DNA of 64,000 nt from Octopus vulgaris (Eukaryota): the NCBI GenBank assembly GCA_951406725.2, contig OX597830.1, positions 57,970,001 to 58,034,000 on the forward strand, given 5' to 3'. Below, in pieces: positions 55,701 through 64,000 of this stretch. Below the pieces are notes generated by a model, which saw nothing but the letters and a program-made list of their open reading frames with translations, was not told the origin of the DNA and did not search any database. Both the position numbers and the translations under genes were made by a program. The number at the start of each line of letters is the position of its first letter. Positions within the stretch are counted from its first letter, which is position 1.

Positions 55701-57775
55701 CACTTGTCTCTTCTGTAAAATCTGATGGATGTTTTATTTATGAAGCCAGAAGGACTCCATAGTGACCACCACCACCAACTCAAGAAGATGGACAGTAAAT
55801 TAATTCACTCGTTCATTATCATTACCAACCCCCACCTGTTTCCAAGCAAGGTAATATTTCCTCATTACTAGATATGACTACACAGGATATTGGAAATGAA
55901 CGATACTGCTTATATAACAGTGACTCTCATTTACAACAATCATATGATCTCAACACAAGGGGACACACACACCCACATGATAGGCTTCATTCAGTTTCCA
56001 TCAACCGAAACCACTCATAAGGCTTTGGTTCTATAGAAGACACTTGCCCAAAATGCCATACAACAGGGCTGAACCCAATTTTGGAGGAGCAGGTAAGTTG
56101 AATATATCGACCCCAGTATGCAACTGGTACTTGATTTATTAACCCTGAAAGGATGAAAGGCAATGTTGACCCCCAACAATATTTGAACTCAGAATGTAAG
56201 GGCAGACGAAATGTCACTAAGCATTTTGCTGGGCATGCTAACGATTCTGCCAGCTCAATACCTTAATAATAACAATAATAATAATAATAATAACAATAAT
56301 AATAATAATAACAATAATAATTATGATAACAACAATAATAATAATAACAATAATAATAATAATAACAACAACAATAATATCCTTTTTACTGATGGCACAA
56401 GACATGGAATTTGGTGGGGAGGGGACTAGTTGATTACATCAACCCTGGTGTATCACTGGTACTTAATTTATCGACTCCCAAAAGGACAAAAGCACAGTTG
56501 ACCTCGGCAGAATTTGAACTCAGAATGTAAGGGCAGATGAAATGTGGCTAAGCATTCTGCCCAGTGTGCTAACAATTCCACCAGCATGCTGCCTTAATAA
56601 TAATAATAATAATAATAATAATGATGATGAAGAAGATAAGAATGAAAAGAAGCAGTTACCTGAGAGGACTCTGGATACTAAGTGTTGAGCTTTGCACAAG
56701 TTTTACTTTACTTCCAGGCCTCAAACCAAGCTCTGTGAGGGAACCATGAGCTTGTACAGAAGTCAGTTCAACAACAACCTGCAAGTACAAAGAATTTCAG
56801 TCAACCGAACATTCCAGAAGTTCTTTGAAGTTCTGAGTGCATAAAATAAGATGGTTATGTAGATATATTGGAGGGTTTTATGTTGCAGGTGCCTGGAGAC
56901 CTCACCATTAATGGTGCCACATAGAAAGCACCCAGTACACTCTGTTAAGTGGTTGGCATTAGGAAGGGCATCCAGCTGTAGAAACCATGCCAAAGCAGAC
57001 ATAGAATCTGGTGGAGCCCTCTACCCCTTCTGTTCTGGTCACACCATCTGACCCATGCCAGCATGGAAAACAGATGTTAAGTGATGATGATGTGGAAAAA
57101 CGTGCCTGGGGGCATATGTTCCTTACATATGATTATGCATAAAGGGGGCTCTTTTGTCTCGTGGATTACAAGGCCATTTCACCAGAGAGAACAGTTAATG
57201 CTTCTGTTGAAGACAAAGCTAATAAGAATTTCTATATAGTTGTTGAACTTGATGTAGAACCTAAATTTCTTTAGAAATAGTTCTTGGTCGTTCCTAAAAC
57301 TATACAGAAGAATTATTACCGACAAATATAATACAATCAATACTTAAGACAAATGACTAACCCAAGAATGGAATCAGAAAAATTGGGCAAATATGAATAC
57401 ACAGACTACAGTTAAAGAAGCTAATTTTCTCAACAACCCAACATAATGAGGATGACCCACAGGTAAGTGAAGGTAGTTACATCCACCTGGCAGAAATGAT
57501 ATCAATTGCAACAGAAGAAAGACAATAGCCACCCTTTCACAGCTCTACAAATTACAGCAAATATAAGAATGTAGATATTCTTTTACCCAAATATTGATGT
57601 GTCCAATACAATCCATGCTTAATAGCTGGAAGGAAACTTCTGGTTCCAGACCTAAAAGATAAATTTAAAATCAGTTTTAATCATTGCAGCAATTAGTTTA
57701 TTGCTTTCACAGAAAGCTAATAAAGATATAAACAAGGAATGTTCACGTGTGTATACAGAGTTGTATAACAGATAG

Positions 57776-57820
<45 letters not shown>

Positions 57821-58435
57821 CACACATGATTCTATATCACAACTGTTCGATGAATGGGAATACAAAACCCTGGGTGGCAGATTTTTGGGATATTTTTGTA
57901 GCTTCAACAGAACTGCCACATTGTGTTGGCAAGGAGACTTTACTCTTTGGTACTGTCACTACATATTTCTATTTCTTGCTTCAAAGTACTTCAAAGTACT
58001 TGTTTTTCTCTTTATGAGATCAGTGACTGTGTGTTGCTTTAAAAGTATATACTGTGAGCAAGGTTGAGTGGCTGCCATCTCTAGCTGGTCTGCAGGTATC
58101 GTTAAGGCTAGAAAGGGAGTAATAAACTCCCTTGCTCACAGTTTAAGGACACAGACCATGTGTTGGTAGCCAGCTGGAAAAGATGTTTTCCTGCAGCTAA
58201 TAAGTAGTAACATCATCATGTGTAGGACTGCCACACTATGTTGGCAAATAAACTTTATATATATATATATATACTTTATTTAAAGCGCTGCTTTAAATAA
58301 AGCATATTACTCTACCACTGGTATTTGAGTACTCTTTTTTCCACCTTGTTTCACATTTATGTGTTTACTCCGGTATATATATATATAATAGTGCTCCAGC
58401 ATGGCTGAAGTCAAATGACAAACAAAAGAGTAAAA

Positions 58436-58481
<46 letters not shown>

Positions 58482-58787
58482 TATATATATATAAATCTTA
58501 CTTCCAAAACATGTGGTCACAATATATGGCACAAGTGACTTTTACTCTAGACTTGGCCAACAAAAGCCTTGTGAGTGGGAATTTGGTACACAGAAAGTGA
58601 AACCCATGCCAACATGGAAAATGGGCATTAAATAATGATGGCATATATAAAATCCTCATTCAACATCCATTTGCCATGTTGGTGGTGAGTCACAGACCTG
58701 CATTGTGCTCCATGTCAGCTTTGGCATGGTTTCTACAGCTGGATGCTCTTCCTAACACGTGTGTGTGTGTGTGTGCGCGCGTGCGTG

Positions 58788-58827
<40 letters not shown>

Positions 58828-61800
58828 CATATCATGTGATGGTTGTAAACGAATATCACCATACAAGCAAATGTTGTTCATTTTCAGCTTTCCATGGAAA
58901 AACTTTGTCTGGTATTGAGGAAATATTATCTTGCTTTGAAACAGATGAGAGTTAACAACAAGAATGGCACCAAGTTGTAGAAAATCATCAACAAATTCCA
59001 TCCGACTCATGCAAACATGGGAAACTGGACGTTAAAAAATAATGTTAAATATATATATCATCATCATTTAATGTCTGTTGTCCATGCTGGCATGGGTTGG
59101 ATGGTTTGACCAGGGCTGGCAAGGCTGGAAGGCTGCACTAGGCTCCAGTCAGATTTGGCTTGGTTTATACAGCTGCTGGATGCTCTTCCTAATGCCAACC
59201 ACTTTACAGAGTGTGCTGGGTGCTTTTCACATGCTACTAGCATGAGTGCTCCCCATGTGGCACTGGCACAAGTGCTCCCCATGTGGCACTGGCACAAGAC
59301 TCTTGCAGGCCAAACCTCTTCACCAGTGGGAGTGGCCTTAACACTTCTGCTGTGGAGTACGGATCCTCTTGAGTACAGCATAGCACCAGGCATCTTGGTC
59401 CTTTGTCTTCTGAAAGGTTCAGCATCCCGTGCCTTCCTGGGTTTCCCACTTCCACATCATCCATCTACTTTGAAAGAGCAGCACTTCTTTATGCAGCTGT
59501 CAGCATCCAACCATGTCACATGACCAAACCAGCACAATATATATACATACTTACAGACAGACAGACAGACGGGGTGGGGGGATCCTCCCAACTTGCAAGA
59601 GTAATGTGCTACTGAAAAACTTGCCAAAATGTGAAATCTCATAACATGGATTTGTTTCCCCATTGATTTTTATATCAAATTCTGATGGGTTTTTTTTTTT
59701 GAAAAAACAAACAATAAAACTACTTGGAAATAATAATTTCAATGAATAAAATTAAATTCTAAACATTCACTGTGCAAGATGAATATATAAAAATGTCTGA
59801 AGAGAATGTCATGCAGGAATAAATAAGAATCGTATCATAATAAAATACATTCTTACAACAAAAGATGTTGATTGTGGTAATGAGAGTTTTTGGACAATTT
59901 TTGGAAGCTGATATTTCTTCTAGAGAAATAAAGGTTCTAACAAGGATGCACTTCCAGAAAAGTGTCAACATCAACATCAACCATTGTAGCTTTTTCCGAA
60001 TGACAACTTCCTTGACATAGAACCTATTGATTCAACCTCTGACCCTGCATAATTACACTTAATTATTTGGTTAATCAATGCAATCATTGAGAGCCATGAG
60101 AGTTAGAATAAGTAATATACCAAAGCAAACACATCACTGGATCGATTTAATTAAAACAGAAACAAGTGGAATGAAGACAGAACTTTCTGGTGGTTTTATA
60201 TTGAAAAGACGTAAACTGAGTTAATTAGAAGAAGATGTCTTGAAATAAAGGATTATATTTACTTACTTAAATGTCTTGAATCTTTTAAACTGCCAAAATA
60301 AAATATTTAGATAATAACCATGAGATAAGTAAACAACAACAACAACAACAAGATATTGCATAATATGTAAGCTCTCAGTGTCACATGCATTCCTCCCCTG
60401 GTTATAATCCTCTCACTCTGTTTCCCCCATCACACTCACCCCCTCTTCCATTCAATTATCCTCTTCATCACATTTACATTAACCACTCAGAGACAATGTA
60501 GAACAGAGGTGTTTTAGTGAACCAGGGAGATGACACCCTTTTTAGTGCTGCTGCCACTCTGCACAGCGATGGGTGTTAGGAAGGGTATGGGTCCTTAGAA
60601 GCTAAGTAATCATCATCATTAAATTACTGTTTTGAGATGTTAAAACTAAAATGGCTTTTTTTTCAATGGTTTTTATAGATTTTGTTAGCAGGCAGTTTCA
60701 GAATTTTGTCTGTGGGCAACGGATTGCTCAGCCGTGCAGGGTGGCAGCAGAGAGAGAGACAAGGTAACTGACATTTCAAGCAAGAATCTTTGCAGCGTTT
60801 GCTGAGTCATTAGAATACCTTGAAGAATTCAATTTGGCCCTTTATTCTTCAAATGGTTTCTCCAGCTGGATGCTCTCCCTAATGCCTGAGTCCAAATCCT
60901 GCAAAGATCAACTTTGCTCTGTACCCTTTCATGGTCCCTAAAAATTAAATCTGAAACCAATTCTTCTCTCTGTGGAAGAAATTGGATGTGATCTGCCAAA
61001 TTTAGATGGCCACCACATGTGGAATATCGTGATGGCTCCATCAGGATTCCTATCAATGATGCCAAAGTGGCTGATGCCAGTGGAATGTGAAAAGTTCTTT
61101 TCCAGTGTTGGGCCTCACAGAGGCAATGACTGAGACCTTTGGCATTATGCTGTGCTTGAGAAGAAGAGCCATCAAGTCAAGTAAAATCGCAGTCGCGGCA
61201 GATGCTGGTGTCACACAAATGTGTCAGTGGCACGTAAAAGCACCCATAACACTCTCGGAATGGTTGGCATCAGGAAGGGCATCCAGCCATAGAAACTATG
61301 CCAAATCAGACTGGGCCTGGTGCAGCCTTCCAGCCGGGACAACAGACATTAAATGATGATGATGAAGAGGAGGAGGAGGACAACACAAATAAGGTTAAAA
61401 ACAAAATCTGTTTTGCTCGGTCTTACAGTAAACCTTAAAAAGAAATAAGCTTCTTTCTGACAAAGGGATTTGTTCAAAAGCATCAGGCATCTTGCCACTT
61501 CATGGCAAACTTTACTGAGAAGAATGACAATGACATTGTGACGCTCGACTGTGCCATGCAAAATGCTTAGTGGCATTTTATCTGTCTTTATGTTCTGAGT
61601 TCAAATTCTGCCAAGATTGACTTTACCTTTCAAGGTTGATAAACTAAGTACCAGTTGCGCACTGGGGTCGATATGAATGACTTAACCCCACTTCTGAAAT
61701 TGCTGGCCTTGTGCCAAAATTTTAAACTAGTAACGAGAATAATAGTAATGGTAATGCAACTTGGCACCAGAGGGTAGGAAATCAGCAAAATAAGGATCAG

Positions 61801-63080
61801 TAAAATGCATGGTACTTACTTATAAGACTGTCTGGGTACATGACAAATGCTCTGCACAGGGGCATGGTGTGAGGTGAACATCATTAATCCAGCTGAACAA
61901 AGATTAAGAGATTAAGAATTGAAACGTGTTGAACTTTTACTGGAATTTTTGTTGTTGTTGTTGTTATGGTTGCTATTACTATTTGTTGATGTTATTGTAG
62001 TTTGTTCCTTTTATAATTTTTATCAAAAGAAATGAAAAAAAAGAATATATTAAAAACAAGCAATAAAGCCCCGCAACGGTTTCTAGTTAGCAGTGGGAGG
62101 GACTGAGGGGTCTTTCCATGGAATGGAATTCATGAAGTATTTGGATGGTTCCGTAGATATAACTGGTAGTTTCTGTTACCATGGAGATGATTTAATTAAA
62201 TGTCACAGGTGAATTCTGTGAAAGTTGAGTTGCCAGAATAAAGGAGTAGTGAAAGCAGTTCCGTGTTGTTGCTGCTGTGTAGAGACAAAAGTGTGTTTAA
62301 GGAGTAAACTGCTGCACGGAAGCAAAACATTGGCAGGGGACAAAAAGAAGGAAAAAGGAATCAAGTGAATCTGGTTGGCTGAAAGCAAAATGTTGTTGCA
62401 AGCGCAGAATGTGAAAGGGCTGAGAGGGTGGGGTGGACGGGGGTGGATATGAAAGGTATCAATGGATGAGTGGACTGGTATGGAGATGCGAGAGGAAAAG
62501 GATGTGTAGTAGAGGAGGAAGAGAAGGAGAGAGGAAGAGAAAGGAGGAGGTTGACACATCTGACCTCTTGTTCTTACAGTCCCTGGTCATCTCCTTCATG
62601 TGGTTCAGCCTCCAAACAATAATTTCCATGCTTCTCTTAGTTTTCTTTTCCCACTGTTTCCTTCCATTTGGATCCCTTTTGGCACTTCTCGGTGCCACTG
62701 CTATTATTATTCTTTATATGTACCACATGTGGGTCCAATTGTCTGCTTCGGCATGGTTTCTACAGCAGGATGCCCTTCCTATTGACAACCACTTTGCAAT
62801 GTGGACTGGGTGCTTTTCACATGGCACTAACCAAGAAAACCTGAGAGAGGAAGGCTTTATAGTTCAGAGTGGAGAAGAGAAGAGAAGAGAAAAGTTATCC
62901 CTGAGCTCCGCAGGGAGTGAAGGACTTAAGAAGGGAACTACAATAATGGTTCCTAACTTTATGTTACTTACCAGTGTTATATGCTGGATGCCGAACTGTA
63001 TATGAGACTCCATCGAGGTGAATAGATTGGTGTAGAGATTCTGCTTCACGTGTATCCCACACGAGGATAGAGCCATCAAC
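43787..63080 (-). CDS. DYNC2I1: Cytoplasmic dynein-2 intermediate chain 1 (WDR60), C-terminal WD40 region; 5' part lies beyond the window
   Basis: Minus-strand GT-AG exons, 5'->3': 62972-63080, 61820-61892, 60267-60289, 57587-57651, 56660-56778, 54494-54581, 53002-53068, 52583-52653, 50748-50793, 49819-49996, 48085-48151, 43787-43897. They total 1017 nt in one open frame ending in TGA. Motifs matching my recollection of WDR60 include VDGSILVWDTRE, INIWVVVEL...GSLTELGLRPGSKVKLV, IDFSPFKLPCFLTGYSDGNIHL and VRWSKTRPCVF...VFDLLQ. Confidence 0.9.
44056..45673 (+). mobile_element. Merlin-superfamily DNA transposon (IS1595/IS1016-related), full length, 1618 bp
   Basis: 53-bp TIRs starting GGCACTGTCATGCC (44056-44108 and 45621-45673, one mismatch). 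8-bp TSD AGCAGGTA (44048-44055) / AGCAGATA (45674-45681). Contains an ISXO2-type transposase and subterminal AT-rich direct repeats at about 45458-45570. Confidence 0.93.
44447..45351 (+). pseudogene. Merlin/ISXO2-like DDE transposase with a single 1-nt frameshift at about 45130
   Basis: ATG at 44447, N-terminal Cys cluster (CISC...CGRPC), then VEIDET, QWVFG, ILPGTTIISDLWRSY and GYRHLT. The frame then shifts to NHSINFVDP...TNHIECLW...EFMWR. The expected HLTVNHS is broken at ACG|TGAAT, and adding one base restores about 301 aa. Confidence 0.88.
48383..48468. repeat. 86-bp exact duplicate of 49162-49247
   Basis: The sequence CATTGCTAGAGCC...GGTATTAGGAAG is identical at both sites. Confidence 0.9.
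49501..49766. repeat. Foldback/MITE with about 100-bp near-perfect inverted arms
   Basis: 49501 to about 49600 (TTGGAGTAAAGACTGTTTGCCAACATAACATGGCAG...CCAGCTGGCTATA) is the reverse complement of about 49666-49766. A degenerate single arm lies at about 58165-58255. Confidence 0.85.
51531..51879 (-). mobile_element. tRNA-headed short element with a hammerhead-ribozyme-like motif and inverted partial copy (Penelope-associated SINE/retrozyme-like)
   Basis: Minus strand reads: tRNA-like head (A box TGGCGTAGTGG, B box GTTCAATTC; 51696-51769), then (AAT)n, then GACAC-CTGATGA-A-GGCTG..CAGCT-GAAACATT-GTGTT (51580-51625). An inverted partial copy follows at 51771-51879. Related copies at about 20103-20265 and 29406-29618. 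Confidence 0.6.
56264..56378. repeat. (AAT/AAC)n microsatellite between SINE copies
   Basis: Directly visible. It is the source of the poly-Asn ORF. Confidence 0.95.
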
Positions 63081-63116
63081 CTGAAGCAGAGAACAGGTGA
63101 CATTAAGAGATATAAA

Positions 63117-63465
63117 CAGGAGTGGCTGTGTGGTAAGTAGCTTGCTTACCAACCACATGGTTCTGGGTTCAGTCCCACTGCATGGCACCATGGGCAAGTG
63201 TCTTCTACTATAGCCTTGTGAGTGAATTTGGTAGACAGAAATTAAAAGAAGCCTGTCGTATATGTGTGTGTGTGTTTGTATGTGTGTCTGCCTGTCCCCC
63301 ACCCCCCATCACTTGACAACCAATGCTGGTGTGTTTAAGTCTCCATAACTTAGCGGTTCGGCAAAAAGAGTCCGATAGAATAAGTCCTCGAGTTGATTTG
63401 CTCAACTAAAAGGTGGTGCTCCAGCATGGTCGCGTCAAATGACTAAAACAAGTAAAAGAATAAAA
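63117..63465 (+). mobile_element. tRNA-derived SINE, family A
   Basis: Near full-length copy of the family at 18451. Confidence 0.8.
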
Positions 63466-63493
63466 GAATATACCTTCTGAATTATATATATAT

Positions 63494-63830
63494 TGAGACT
63501 CCCTTCGATCATGGCTGACCGTGGGATTGCACCCAGACAGTTACCCTCTCAGGCACAAGTCCAGGCAAGATTGTTTATGGAAGACCAGCAGTCGCCCATG
63601 CATACCAGCCTCCCCTCTCCACGCCACCAGTGTTATCCAAGGGAAAGGCAAAGGGGCCGATACAGCTTGGCACCTGTGACGTCACAACTCATTTCTACAG
63701 CTGAGTGAACTGGAGCAACGTGAAATAAAGTGTCTTGCTCAAGAACACAACATGCAGCCTGGTCCAGGATTCGAACTCATAACCTCACAATCGTAAGCTC
63801 GACGCTCTAACCACTGAGCCATGTGCCTTC
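63494..63830 (-). mobile_element. tRNA-derived SINE, family D head
   Basis: Minus strand begins GGCACATGGCTCAGTGGTTAGAGCG...GTTCGAATCC, followed by a TGTTCTTGAGCAAGACACTT core. The same head occurs at about 1905-2035, 4540-4690(-), 28806-28980, 29165-29350, 32600-32910 and 41900-42165. Confidence 0.75.
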
Positions 63831-64000
63831 ATATATATATATATATTATGTTCTCGTTTCTCATTTTGTCTACATTTTTTTTTATGTCCTGTACCCATAC
63901 ACGCATGTATATATACATATATATGTAGGTATGTACACATATAAAAGTTCTCCCAAGCCGTACAACCTATTGTCCTGTCAAAAGGGAATGCTGATTAATG

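Overview
This is repeat-dense, CpG-poor eukaryotic DNA. The SINE and RTE repertoire suggests an octopus (coleoid cephalopod) genome, which is an inference. Two intron-rich genes face each other tail-to-tail. The first is a complete 11-coding-exon Lifeguard/TMBIM (Bax-inhibitor-1 superfamily) gene on + (26471-42632, 306 aa by my splicing). The second is the last 12 coding exons of a WDR60/DYNC2I1 dynein-2 intermediate chain gene on - (43787-63080), including a 23-nt micro-exon needed to keep the frame. The last WDR60 intron holds a near-intact Merlin (IS1595/ISXO2-like) transposon with 53-bp TIRs, an 8-bp TSD and a single frameshift. The rest is tRNA-derived SINEs, RTE LINE remnants, a fossil hAT (Buster/Charlie) transposase, mariner, Helitron and piggyBac-type elements, long foldback palindromes and a 1.1-kb (TA)n array. 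The most interesting candidate is a family of short elements joining a Pol III tRNA-like head to a minimal hammerhead-ribozyme motif, with Penelope-like inverted ends. Almost all ORFs in the supplied track are repeat artefacts.
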